64,000 nt of DNA, from contig OZ245040.1 in the NCBI GenBank assembly GCA_965224195.1, positions 1,996,249 through 2,060,248 on the forward strand. Reading direction: 5' to 3'. The notes under the pieces are model-generated. The model searched no databases. It had not been told where the DNA came from and saw only the letters and a list, made by a program, of their open reading frames with translations. The first letter of the stretch is position 1. The number at the start of each line of letters is the position of its first letter. Made by a program: the position numbers and the translations under genes. Shown in pieces: positions 42,281-51,817 of the stretch. Source of the DNA: Nitrosopumilus sp. (GTDB taxonomy: Archaea; Thermoproteota; Nitrososphaeria; Nitrososphaerales; Nitrosopumilaceae).

Positions 42281-42469
42281 TTATGATTTTTGTTTGATTT
42301 CTTTTCTAAGTACAGTTAGGTTTTTTCTTGAAAGTTGTACTAGCTGTTTTAGATTGTATTGTTGGTTTTGTTTTTTGTAGTGTAGAATAATGGATGTTAT
42401 GATTTCTGATTTGTAGATTCCAATTTCTTGTATGATTTTCTTTTCATATACAGTAAGTTGAAGATTCAA
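42281..42469 (-). CDS. Small basic hypothetical protein
   Basis: TTG start overlapping the upstream TGA. Confidence 0.55.
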   Translation of the reverse strand: MNLQLTVYEKKIIQEIGIYKSEIITSIILHYKKQNQQYNLKQLVQLSRKNLTVLRKEIKQKS

Positions 42470-42639
42470 TTTTGTAAAACCTCTTCTTTAATTTTAGTTT
42501 CAGAAATGAATCCATCAAAATCAGGGTCATGTTTACAAGAATCACAAACTAAGAATTCATATCAAGAATCATTCAAAATACCTACAAGTTTAATTTTTTC
42601 TGTTTTATGTTCACATGTTCTGTGTATGATCGAACTCAT
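42466..42639 (-). pseudogene. Small zinc-binding protein with in-frame TGA (42562-42564)
   Basis: MSSIIHRTCEHKTEKIKLVGILNDS*YEFLVCDSCKHDPDF...; translationally coupled at both ends. Confidence 0.55.
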
Positions 42640-42791
42640 TATTTTGAACCGCCTTTGGAATTTAGATAAAAGTTCAAAATAATATCAAACTGTTCTACTT
42701 GAGATCTTTTTTCAGTTTTACATACAGAATCAAATTTTTTCTTTGCTTTTGGTCGTATGTTTATACCATCATAAGATTTTATTTCTACCAA
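42639..42791 (-). CDS. 50-aa ribbon-helix-helix (CopG-like) protein, first gene of the replication operon
   Basis: MVEIKSYDGINIRPKAKKKFDSVCKTEKRSQVEQFDIILNFY; strand-helix-helix pattern; TAATG coupling to the next gene. Confidence 0.65.
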   Translation of the reverse strand: MVEIKSYDGINIRPKAKKKFDSVCKTEKRSQVEQFDIILNFYLNSKGGSK

Positions 42792-42795
42792 TATT

Positions 42796-42811
42796 TACAT
42801 ACTAGTATGTA
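42796..42811. promoter_or_regulatory. Perfect 16-bp palindrome, candidate operator
   Basis: TACATACTAGTATGTA just upstream of the RHH start codon, between divergent regulators. Confidence 0.6.
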
Positions 42812-43233
42812 GTATTATATATCTGTAGTCCTACCAAAATTTACTTAACACAAACATTAACAAAAGTCTCAATATGTAAATATATGTAGATTTTAGATCA
42901 TAAAATATGGGAAATAGAGATAATTGGTCATATATCCAAATGCCCAAAACAGTGTTTGAAGAAGTTGAAAAAATGTTAAAATCTGAAGAATTCACAAAAA
43001 TAGGAATTTTTAAACCTAAAGATATTGCTCTTATTCTATTTAGAGATTTCATAGAAAATGGTTCAAGCATATTAGACATCACATCAAAAGTAAAAAGATT
43101 ACAAATTGAAGTAGATACAACAAACAATATACTATACATGATAACTCAAAATAAACTAGATAGGAAAAAATTTGAAAACATAAACCATGAACAAACAATA
43201 GACAAGGAAACTATTCTAAATGATGATAATATC

Positions 43234-44225
43234 TACTTTGTCGAACAAATAACAATCTGATCAACTTTATTTCATAACAATAGCTTTGGATCTCACATTC
43301 TGACCATTCTCATGGTTAACTGGAATCAATACAATGAAAAACTAGTCAGAAGAGGCGAGATCATAATGTCATTTGATGCTATTGATAACTGGCATAAAGA
43401 ATTAGAGGTCATGAATCACAACAAAAGAGGTAGAAAGTTTGACTATCCTGATTCATTCATGAAATTATTGGGTTATGCTAGAATCTATTTTGGATTACCA
43501 TTCAGACAAACAGAAGGAATGATACGTGCATATTGTAATAGAGTTCCAGCAGTTCCTGATTTCACATCAATCCACAAGAGAATAAACAAGCTTGACATCA
43601 AAACTGATGATTCCATTGGAGATAATAATGAAATCATTTTGGCAATTGACAGCACAGGAATCAAGGTTGCAAACAGGGGCGAATGGATGAGACAGAAATG
43701 GCACATGAGGAGAGGATTTCTAAAAATCCATGTTGGTGCCGATGTCAAATCAAAGAAAATAGTTTCACTGAAAATAACAGATGATTCATCCCATGATGCT
43801 GCACATCTGCCAGAACTGGTACAGCAGGCATCACAGAAAGGAAATGTAATCAAGGTTCTAGCTGATGGCGCATATGATTCAGAAAACAACTTCTCATATC
43901 TATATCACAACACAGATGCACTGCCTGCAATCAAAGTTAGAAAGACATCATCTCTCAAAACAAAATGTTATCCGAGAAAGAAATCAGTCTTGGCTCAAAT
44001 GTATAATTTGGATTTGTGGAAGCGCAGCGTCAGCTATGGGGACAGGTGGATTGTAGAGTGTGTGTTTTCAACATTCAAAAGGATGTTTGGTGAGTATGTC
44101 ATGGCTCACAAAAGAAAATACATGGCAAAGGAATTAAAATTAAAAGTCGAGCTGTACAATCTGTTTGCAGGTGCTTGAGGGAATGAAATCAAAAACTAGT
44201 TAGAAATGATTTGTTCGACAGAGTA
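43234..44225 (+). mobile_element. IS5-family element (IS903/ISH1-like), 992 bp
   Basis: 17-bp TIR TACT(T/C)TGTCGAACAAAT; 8-bp TSD ATAATATC at 43226-43233 and 44226-44233. Confidence 0.95.
43312..44178 (+). CDS. IS5-family DDE transposase
   Basis: NWNQYNEKLVRRG, AIDSTGIK, LADGAYD, YGDRWIVECVFS. Confidence 0.95.
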   Translation: MVNWNQYNEKLVRRGEIIMSFDAIDNWHKELEVMNHNKRGRKFDYPDSFMKLLGYARIYFGLPFRQTEGMIRAYCNRVPAVPDFTSIHKRINKLDIKTDDSIGDNNEIILAIDSTGIKVANRGEWMRQKWHMRRGFLKIHVGADVKSKKIVSLKITDDSSHDAAHLPELVQQASQKGNVIKVLADGAYDSENNFSYLYHNTDALPAIKVRKTSSLKTKCYPRKKSVLAQMYNLDLWKRSVSYGDRWIVECVFSTFKRMFGEYVMAHKRKYMAKELKLKVELYNLFAGA

Positions 44226-44361
44226 ATAATATCAATAAACAAGTTAAAATTATTCACAAGGACAACATACCATATTGTACACATGATAAAACTAACAATT
44301 GCATTCATACGTATTATATGATAATACTATCTAAATTAATTAATTTAAAAAAAATGAAAGA

Positions 44362-45630
44362 TTAATTTTCATTATACTTCTTAAGTAATCTAATTTCTCT
44401 TTTCATTTCATTAAATTCTTTTTCTGATTCTTCTTCTAAGTTTTTCATTCTTTCTTGTAGTAATTCTTTTTCTTCTCGTTCTTTCTCTTCTAATTCCATT
44501 GCAGTTTGAAGGTCTAAAGGTTTTCCACATTTTGAACAAGAATTAGATTCAGGTGGATTTGGCATTTCACAAATATTACAAATCTTTGGTGCTTTTGGTT
44601 TATCTTCATTATTAGATTCAATTCCAAAATGTTTCAAGATAGCGTTATCGACATCAGAGTCTGTCAGATGAGTATATCTATCAGGCATCTTTGAATCACC
44701 TACCCAGCCATGTCTTTTCGTCATTTGTGCTTGAGTCATATAATTAGCGGCTTTAGTTGCTGCACTATGTCTAAATAAAGTAAAATGTATTTTTTTGGTA
44801 AATCCAGGATGTTTTCTTTGAGCATTTTTAGCAGATCTAATCAATACCTGACGTGCAGCAGAATAAGTCAAAGGTTTTCCATAATTATTTTTTGTAAGTT
44901 GTGGCCATAATGGAGCATCAGAATTATTTTTGAGAGGATGATTATTCATCCATAATGCTAATTTTGGTGCAGCCTCAATAATTCTAATTGGTCTTTGACC
45001 TGTTTTACCATCCACCTTTAAAATAAATCCATATTTGTCTTGTGATACATGTTTGATTTTTAAATTCAAAATTTCACCAGCCCTAGAACCTGCATCTATT
45101 GCACAATCAATTAATGCTTCATTTCTTGGATTTCTATTACATCCATCCAAAAGTTTCAATCTATCATCAGAAGTCAAAAGATCTTCTCTAGTCAAAGAAT
45201 TTGAAACTTTTTTTATTTTGATGTCTTTGGTCTCTATTGGATCACCAACACTATCTTTACTTCTACTTCCAAGTTTCAACCATCTAAAAAATATCTTTAA
45301 AACTTTTTTATGATCATGACTTGAATGGGTCTCTTTACCTCTTGGGTCTGAATAAGTATCTACAATATTTTTTACTAGTTTTGCAATATCAAATTTTGTT
45401 ACATCATTCCAATTTTTTTCTAACATTCTACTCAAATTCAATAAAGTTTGAATATGCTTATGTCTACCAGCCTTAGAAATTTGTTCTTGAATCATAACCA
45501 TATCATAATTAGTGATTAAATCTAAGTTTTCTGCACTAAATTCTTTTTTTATCAAATTGTATGTAGATTTAATTCTACGATCATAATCATAAATTGAAAA
45601 ACTATCTGATTGTGATGTTCTTTGTTTCAA
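44362..45630 (-). CDS. Tyrosine integrase with C-terminal zinc ribbon (SNJ2-like architecture)
   Basis: GSRAGE, DGKTG, LFRHS, HGW, PDRY catalytic motifs; CxxC..CxxC tail; adjacent to att/tRNA. Confidence 0.93.
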   Translation of the reverse strand: MKQRTSQSDSFSIYDYDRRIKSTYNLIKKEFSAENLDLITNYDMVMIQEQISKAGRHKHIQTLLNLSRMLEKNWNDVTKFDIAKLVKNIVDTYSDPRGKETHSSHDHKKVLKIFFRWLKLGSRSKDSVGDPIETKDIKIKKVSNSLTREDLLTSDDRLKLLDGCNRNPRNEALIDCAIDAGSRAGEILNLKIKHVSQDKYGFILKVDGKTGQRPIRIIEAAPKLALWMNNHPLKNNSDAPLWPQLTKNNYGKPLTYSAARQVLIRSAKNAQRKHPGFTKKIHFTLFRHSAATKAANYMTQAQMTKRHGWVGDSKMPDRYTHLTDSDVDNAILKHFGIESNNEDKPKAPKICNICEMPNPPESNSCSKCGKPLDLQTAMELEEKEREEKELLQERMKNLEEESEKEFNEMKREIRLLKKYNEN

Positions 45631-45673
45631 TGAGTAGTGTAGGTAAAAATAGGGATTTAAACAAGATTATGAG

Positions 45674-45748
45674 CGCCCTCGGCGGGATTTGAACACGCGT
45701 CTCAGCCGTGACAGGGCCGAATTCTAGACCGGGCTATACTACAAGGGC
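45674..45748 (-). tRNA. tRNA-Asp(GTC), integration target
   Basis: CGGCC CTGTCAC GGCTG anticodon arm; one T-stem mismatch. Confidence 0.93.
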
Positions 45749-45844
45749 ACAAATTGTTAGAGTCAAAATGCCAGATTAAAAGTTTCTGTCACAACAAAAT
45801 CTTTTGTAAAAGACTAAATTATACAATTAAGGCATTTTTTACGA

Positions 45845-45918
45845 GGGTCTATGGCGCAGCCAGGTAGCGCACCGGACTTTTAATCCGGTTGTCAAGGGTC
45901 CGAATCCCTTTAGACCCG
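45845..45918 (+). tRNA. tRNA-Lys(TTT)
   Basis: CCGGA CTTTTAA TCCGG anticodon arm; GGGTCTA/TAGACCC acceptor stem. Confidence 0.95.
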
Positions 45919-45936
45919 CTCTCTATTCTTTATTTA

Positions 45937-47394
45937 CTAAATTACTGCTTTAACTTGCTTTTTCAAATCATCAATTGCAGCATTAATTTTGTTTTCTCTT
46001 TGTAACACATTAGATCTGTACTGATTAATTTTTTGAGTTCTATCAGAAATCATTCTTTTTTGTTCATCATATCCTGAAGAACCAAAAGACTTTCTGTCCT
46101 TAAGAGATGAAACAACGGTAGTAGAAGATATGATTTTTAAGACAATCTTATGGTCAACTTTTGTGTCAGCCACAGATTTTTTAATTTCAGACAAGGTTAA
46201 TTTTGAAATAGGTTTTTTTGAATCATATGCCAGTTGAACTAGTATTCCTGAAATTTTATGGATCACTCTAAACGGAATTCCTTCTTGAACTAATTTTTCA
46301 GCAATGTCTAATGCAATTAGATTACTTGACTCTGTAACTTTTTTCATTTGTTTCTCATTTACTTTCAAAGTTAGAAGAATTGATTTTAAAATTAATAATG
46401 CACTGATAGAAATTTTTGATGTAGACCAGATAGATGATTTAATTTGTTGTAAATCTCGCCCATATCCAGATGCCAATCCTTTAACAGTTGTTAAAATTGC
46501 AGTTAGATTTCCAATGACTTCTGCTGTTTTACCTCGTGTAAGTTCTAAAATATCAGGATTCTTTTTTTGAGGCATCACACTAGATGGAGATGTAAATTCA
46601 TCTGATAGTTCAATAAATGAAAATTCAGAAGTAGACCAAATTACAAAATCTTCAGAAATTTTACTAAGATTAGTCATCAAGATAGAAATCATTGCCACAT
46701 ATTCTGCTACAAAATCCCTGGTACTTGTTGCATCAATTGAATTTTCAACCAAACCATCAAAGCCCAACATCTTTGCAGTGCTATGTCTATCAATAGGAAT
46801 ACTTGTTCCTCCAACAGGACCTGCTCCAAGTGGACTTTGGTTTATTCGTTCAAACGTTCCAAATAATCTTTCAAAATCTCGTGTCAAAACATCAGCATGT
46901 GCTAAAAGATAATGAGAAAAAAGACCTGCTTGTGCTTGTTGAAGATGAGTGTATAGTGGCATGATTGTTTTTTGGTGGTTTTTAGCCACGGATACAAGGG
47001 CTTCAATGGTATCTAAAAGACAATTACAAATGATGTTGATATCGTCTCTTATTTTCATTCGAATATCTAAAACAACTTGATCATTTCGAGATCTTGCCGT
47101 ATGCATTTTTCCTCCACTGGCCATTCCAGCTTTTTTTATCACCAATGTTTCAATTAGCTCATGAATATCTTCTGCGCCTGATGAAGCATCAAATTTTTTA
47201 TTTTTCAAACTCTCTAAAGCAGTCAAAATTTTTTTGACATCATTATTTGTTATGATATTTTGTTGAAATAACATCAAAGCGTGAGCTTGGCTTCCAAGAA
47301 TATCATAAAGTGCAATTTCAGAATCATCATTAATTGATGAAACATAATCCAAAGTGATATCACTCAAATCAGTACCAAGACGTGAACGATACAT
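45937..47394 (-). CDS. argH: Argininosuccinate lyase
   Basis: HTARSRNDQV, YTHLQQAQ, SSVMPQKKNPD. Confidence 0.97.
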   Translation of the reverse strand: MYRSRLGTDLSDITLDYVSSINDDSEIALYDILGSQAHALMLFQQNIITNNDVKKILTALESLKNKKFDASSGAEDIHELIETLVIKKAGMASGGKMHTARSRNDQVVLDIRMKIRDDINIICNCLLDTIEALVSVAKNHQKTIMPLYTHLQQAQAGLFSHYLLAHADVLTRDFERLFGTFERINQSPLGAGPVGGTSIPIDRHSTAKMLGFDGLVENSIDATSTRDFVAEYVAMISILMTNLSKISEDFVIWSTSEFSFIELSDEFTSPSSVMPQKKNPDILELTRGKTAEVIGNLTAILTTVKGLASGYGRDLQQIKSSIWSTSKISISALLILKSILLTLKVNEKQMKKVTESSNLIALDIAEKLVQEGIPFRVIHKISGILVQLAYDSKKPISKLTLSEIKKSVADTKVDHKIVLKIISSTTVVSSLKDRKSFGSSGYDEQKRMISDRTQKINQYRSNVLQRENKINAAIDDLKKQVKAVI

Positions 47395-47443
47395 TACCTA
47401 AGGTTCTATAATGGTTATATATAGCAACGATGGTTTTCACGAC

Positions 47444-47767
47444 ATGAGCCAAGATATCAAACTGATGCGAGTTAAAATATTTGATGAGCTATCAAAGATT
47501 GTAGATCCAGAAATTAACACATCAATTGTAGAACTAGAATTAATTGATGAAGTTGATATCAACGACAGTAATGTCAAAGTGGATTTACATCTTACCAGTC
47601 CGTTCTGTCCAGCAGTATTTGGTTTTAAGATTTGTCAAGATGTACATGATAATCTTTTGAAAGTAGATGGTGTAAAAGATGTTAAAGTTAATGTCTCAAA
47701 TCACTTTATGGCTGAACAGATTAACAATCAAGTAAACAATAGCCCAAATCCAAAAAAATTAGGTTAA
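47444..47767 (+). CDS. DUF59/SufT-type Fe-S assembly protein
   Basis: VDPEINTSIVELELI, LTSPFCP. Confidence 0.9.
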   Translation: MSQDIKLMRVKIFDELSKIVDPEINTSIVELELIDEVDINDSNVKVDLHLTSPFCPAVFGFKICQDVHDNLLKVDGVKDVKVNVSNHFMAEQINNQVNNSPNPKKLG

Positions 47768-48519
47768 CTTCTAAAACCTAACATATATCCTCTAAGTAGT
47801 TGAATTCCCATAGCAGGATCAACTCCTTTTGGACATACTTGACTACAAGAACCAGCAAAATGACATCTCCAAATACCATGAGAATCATCAATCACTTTTA
47901 ATCTAGAATCCTTACCCTTATCTCTACTATCAGCAACATATCGATATGCTTGAGCTAATGCTTGAGGTCCAACAAATGATGAATCAGTAGCCATTGTAGG
48001 ACATGCAGAATTACACAAACCACATTTGATACAATTTGCAAATTGGATGTATTGTTCTACTTCTTCAGGAGTTTGTAAGAATTCTTTTTCATTAGATGCT
48101 AGTTCAGAATCATCTCTAATTAGATATGGTTTAATTTTTTGATGAGTATCAAATAATTTTTCAAACTTGACAGCTAAATCACGAATTACTGGGAAATTAT
48201 TCATTGGTTCAACAGTTACAGTGTTAGAATCTAATTCACTAATTTTTGTAAAACATGCTAATCTTGGTTTTCCATTAATTATCATTCCACATGAACCACA
48301 TGTAGCTTGTCTACAAGAATAACGAACCGCTACAGAATGATCAAAATATTTTTTCACATCAAGGATTGCTTCTAGGACGGTTGTCCATTTTTCATATTTC
48401 ACATTAAATTCCATAAATCCACTTGATTTATCATGTTCTGGATTAAATCTTGAAATTTTAAGAATTGCAGATTTTGCGGTTGGTGATTGTTCGTTTGAAA
48501 CACTAGAAACTTGAGCCAT
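47764..48519 (-). CDS. sdhB: Succinate dehydrogenase Fe-S subunit
   Basis: SCRQATCGSCG, CIKCGLCNSACP, CHFAGSCSQVCP. Confidence 0.96.
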   Translation of the reverse strand: MAQVSSVSNEQSPTAKSAILKISRFNPEHDKSSGFMEFNVKYEKWTTVLEAILDVKKYFDHSVAVRYSCRQATCGSCGMIINGKPRLACFTKISELDSNTVTVEPMNNFPVIRDLAVKFEKLFDTHQKIKPYLIRDDSELASNEKEFLQTPEEVEQYIQFANCIKCGLCNSACPTMATDSSFVGPQALAQAYRYVADSRDKGKDSRLKVIDDSHGIWRCHFAGSCSQVCPKGVDPAMGIQLLRGYMLGFRS

Positions 48520-48521
48520 TT

Positions 48522-48866
48522 CTATACCATTCCCATGTTAGTCATAATAATTGTTCTTGAACCATATGCTATTAATCCAATCATTGCTGCAAGACAACCG
48601 TAAGAAACAGCTTTTTCATAAAGTCTTCCTTGTTTTAATTCAAGTAAGATCACTCTTAGTCCATTAAATCCATGAACTGAAAGTAAAATTAGAATTAGTT
48701 CTAACATTATAGCATATGGGACAAATTTATAATTAGCAAGTACATTCTCATATTCTAGAGACTCAGCATAGTTCATTGTGAGGCGCATCAAAATATGAAC
48801 TGCGACTAAAGCCACAGATGCCAAAGCAGTCCCATAGTGAATTTTCATAATTGTACTTTCTTTCAT
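48522..48866 (-). CDS. sdhD: Succinate dehydrogenase membrane anchor
   Basis: Three TM helices, HGFNGLRVIL. Confidence 0.88.
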   Translation of the reverse strand: MKESTIMKIHYGTALASVALVAVHILMRLTMNYAESLEYENVLANYKFVPYAIMLELILILLSVHGFNGLRVILLELKQGRLYEKAVSYGCLAAMIGLIAYGSRTIIMTNMGMV

Positions 48867-48867
48867 T

Positions 48868-49299
48868 TTATTCACCAAACATTACCGCCAAACCATACAT
48901 CATTGCAACTGCTGCAAGAACTATTGCAGAATAAATTCCAATTTTATGTCTATAATTTTGTGATGCTGGATCATATGGATAATCAGGTCTTGCAGGTTTT
49001 CCTACACCCACACCCCCATGTCCCAACATTACTCGAACTCCATTTACAGTGTGAAATACACACATCGCAATCACAATAGACATAATGATGTGTCCTTCAG
49101 TGGTCGAAATCATTTCCATGAAATCATCCCATCCAACTTGACCTCGTAAAATATTACTTGTTTCATAAATATGACCAATAAAATATGCCAATAATCCCAA
49201 TCCACTTAATCTCATTAACAAATATGCAACACGTTCAATTCCATATCGACGAGGGTTGATCATTCCGCCAATGCCTTCTTTATGTTCATCTTGTGGCAT
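48868..49299 (-). CDS. sdhC: Succinate dehydrogenase cytochrome b subunit
   Basis: MRLSGLGL, FHTVNGVR. Confidence 0.9.
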   Translation of the reverse strand: MPQDEHKEGIGGMINPRRYGIERVAYLLMRLSGLGLLAYFIGHIYETSNILRGQVGWDDFMEMISTTEGHIIMSIVIAMCVFHTVNGVRVMLGHGGVGVGKPARPDYPYDPASQNYRHKIGIYSAIVLAAVAMMYGLAVMFGE

Positions 49300-51012
49300 C
49301 TAGTATTTCCTCTCCACTGGCTGATACTTGGTAATTGTGACTGGATGTGTTTTCATTATTGGTTCGTTTGGATCATAATAAGCAAGAGTATGATGTAAAA
49401 AGTTAGCATCATCACGTTTTGGATAATCAGTTCTTGCATGAGCTCCGCGAGATTCTTTTCTATTAATTGCACCAAGCAAGACAATCTCGGCTACTCTAAA
49501 CATAGAGTCAAGCTCCATCACATTTGCAAAATTGGTGTTGTACTCTTTTGCTTTATCATCCACATGTTTCCAAGTCTGTTTCTTTAAATCTCGAATTGTT
49601 TTAAGACCTTCAATCAGATTGGTTTCATTTTTGTAGACATATGCTTTATCATTCATTGTGTCAGTAAGCTGTTGTCTAATTTCATATGGATTAACATCAC
49701 CACTTCCTCTAAAGATTCCATCATAGATTCTCTTTTCTTCAGCTGTAACCATATGATGTGGCCAAGGATTTGTTTGTGGGTTATTTTGTATATAGTCAAT
49801 TGCTAATTCGCCTGTGATTTTACCCCAAACAATACATTCAGACGTCGAATTTGCCCCTAAACGATTAGAACCATGAGCACTGTTACATGCGGCCTCTCCT
49901 GCAGCCCAAACTCCTTGAATTTCAGTTGCACCATCAATGTCAGTATGTAGTCCACCCATCATGTAATGGCATACAGGTCTAATGTCAAGTAAATCCGTTG
50001 CAGGATCTTGACCTGAAAATTTAATAGATATTTCTCTAATTCCACCTAATTTTTCTTTGATTTTTTCATCACCAAGATGTCGTAAATCAAGTTTCATACA
50101 ATCCTCACCAGTTTCATGTTTGAATCCTCGGCCTTCTTGAATTTCAGTCATTATTGATCTTGATACAATATCACGTGGAGCTAATTCCATTTTACCTGCT
50201 GCATATGTTTTCATAAATCGTTCACCCTTGTTGTTAAGAAGATAACCGCCTTCGCCTCTTGCACCCTCAGTGATTAGAATGCCAGACGGTAAAATTCCAG
50301 TTGGATGGAATTGAACAAACTCCATGTCTTTGAGTGCCATACCAGCACGTAATCCCATATCCAAGCCATCAGGAGTTGAAGAAAGAGCATAAGTAGAAAA
50401 GCTGTATAATCTTCCAGCACCGCCAGTTGCAATGATGAGAGCTTTTCCTCTGATAGTGTAAAAATTACCAGAGCCTAATTCAATTGCAGTGACACCCATG
50501 AATCGTTTACCATCATGAATAATTGATGTAACAAACCATTCGTTAAGATATTCAATATTCTCAAATTTTTGACATGTATCATACAAAGTTTGCATTTCAA
50601 AGAAACCGACTTTATCAGATGCATATGTTGCTCTAGGAAAACTATAGCCTCCAAAGTTTCGTTGATCAATTCTTCCATCCTTTCGTCTTGACCATGGCAT
50701 TCCCCAATGATCTAATTGATGAATTTCTTGTGGCATTTCAACACAGAGTCTTTCAGCAACATCTTGGTCTGCAAGAAAGTCACTTCCTTTTACAGTATCA
50801 TAAACATGAGATTCAATAGTATCACCCTCATCCTCAAAAAGAACTGCAGCAGTTCCACCTTCTGCTGAAACAGAATGAGAGCGCATTACTTGGACTTTGG
50901 AGACAACTCCAATTTTGAGATGAGGTCCTTTTTTTGCAGCGGCAATGGCTGCTCGCAGGCCTGCTAATCCAGAGCCACAAATGATCAAGTCAAACTCTAT
51001 GGAATCTGCCAT
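49300..51012 (-). CDS. sdhA: Succinate dehydrogenase flavoprotein
   Basis: RSHSVSAEGG FAD attachment, QFHPTG, HGSNRLGANS, ESRGAH. Confidence 0.97.
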   Translation of the reverse strand: MADSIEFDLIICGSGLAGLRAAIAAAKKGPHLKIGVVSKVQVMRSHSVSAEGGTAAVLFEDEGDTIESHVYDTVKGSDFLADQDVAERLCVEMPQEIHQLDHWGMPWSRRKDGRIDQRNFGGYSFPRATYASDKVGFFEMQTLYDTCQKFENIEYLNEWFVTSIIHDGKRFMGVTAIELGSGNFYTIRGKALIIATGGAGRLYSFSTYALSSTPDGLDMGLRAGMALKDMEFVQFHPTGILPSGILITEGARGEGGYLLNNKGERFMKTYAAGKMELAPRDIVSRSIMTEIQEGRGFKHETGEDCMKLDLRHLGDEKIKEKLGGIREISIKFSGQDPATDLLDIRPVCHYMMGGLHTDIDGATEIQGVWAAGEAACNSAHGSNRLGANSTSECIVWGKITGELAIDYIQNNPQTNPWPHHMVTAEEKRIYDGIFRGSGDVNPYEIRQQLTDTMNDKAYVYKNETNLIEGLKTIRDLKKQTWKHVDDKAKEYNTNFANVMELDSMFRVAEIVLLGAINRKESRGAHARTDYPKRDDANFLHHTLAYYDPNEPIMKTHPVTITKYQPVERKY

Positions 51013-51567
51013 TTTTCAATCAAACTTGCTTTAGGCTGGATAAATATGTAATAGTTGGTAGGCATGATCCAAATTACGTCATGAAACGGCCGGTTCTTCT
51101 CGTGCCACAGAATGGCTGATATGTCCTGCTATTAATTCCAATTTTCAGCTAGAAAATTCATCAGATTTTCATCACCAATCTGGCCAAGCAACTGACTTTT
51201 TTGGTTTAAAAAACATCATTCTAGGCTGTTGCTGTAATTGTTGATACTGCTTATCGCAAACTGAAATGAGTATCGTCCATCCTGTCCTTCAATGTTGCAA
51301 GGGGTATTTTTCTATCAACATCGTAATATTGTATGTATCTGGCATAATTTTATCTACTTCATGTAAAGCCAAGACTGAAAACTTGATCTGTTCATGTATA
51401 AGACTTTAATATTATCCATAAAATCTGATTTTCCATCCATCATTGCCTCTTGAACTTTAGGCCAAAAATGTTCTCGAATTGCACCTAATGGAAAACTATG
51501 ATTTTCTGTTGCTCAAAACGCTAATTCTGCATTGAAAATGGAATATAAAATTATTTGCAATAGAATG

Positions 51568-51679
51568 CTGTAGCAATTTCTTAAATTGACAAAGATGCTT
51601 TTTAGCAGTCCAATTGCCTTTACATCGTCTGTCCACTGGTCCTGTAGCAATTTCTTAAATTGGCAAAGATGCTTTTTAG
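51568..51679. repeat. Repeat-spacer-repeat unit 1 (38/36/38 bp)
   Basis: CTGTAGCAATTTCTTAAATTG(A/G)CAAAGATGCTTTTTAG at 51568-51605 and 51642-51679. Confidence 0.92.
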
Positions 51680-51817
51680 ATTCAAGTGTATAACAATGCT
51701 AGTGTTCAATAGAAAGAAAACATCGATGTGAAAAAAATAAAAAGAACCGATCATTTCATTCTATATTTTTGTAAATTGTATGATCTTTTTTATAGATCCA
51801 AGATCAAAATTGAATTA

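Larger units (their letters stand above)
42907..44365 (+). pseudogene. RHH plus zinc-finger regulator interrupted by IS5
   Basis: Removing the IS and one TSD joins ..LNDDNI to NKQVKIIHKDNIPYCTHDKTNNCIH.. giving a 152-aa ORF. Confidence 0.8.
32593..45691. mobile_element. 13.1-kb integrative plasmid-like element inserted in tRNA-Asp
   Basis: 19-bp direct repeat of the tRNA 3' end at both borders, integrase next to the tRNA, replication module, no recognisable virion genes. Confidence 0.93.

Noticed and set aside
32593-45691. Provirus interpretation of the integrated element
   Set aside because: No capsid, portal, terminase or packaging genes recognisable.
32593-45691. Element-wide TGA recoding
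   Set aside because: TGA terminates genes in TTGA overlaps at 39273, 41715 and 42466, and TGG is used for Trp.
51060-51560. Possible gene remnants upstream of sdhA
   Set aside because: Only short broken frames with no assignable family.
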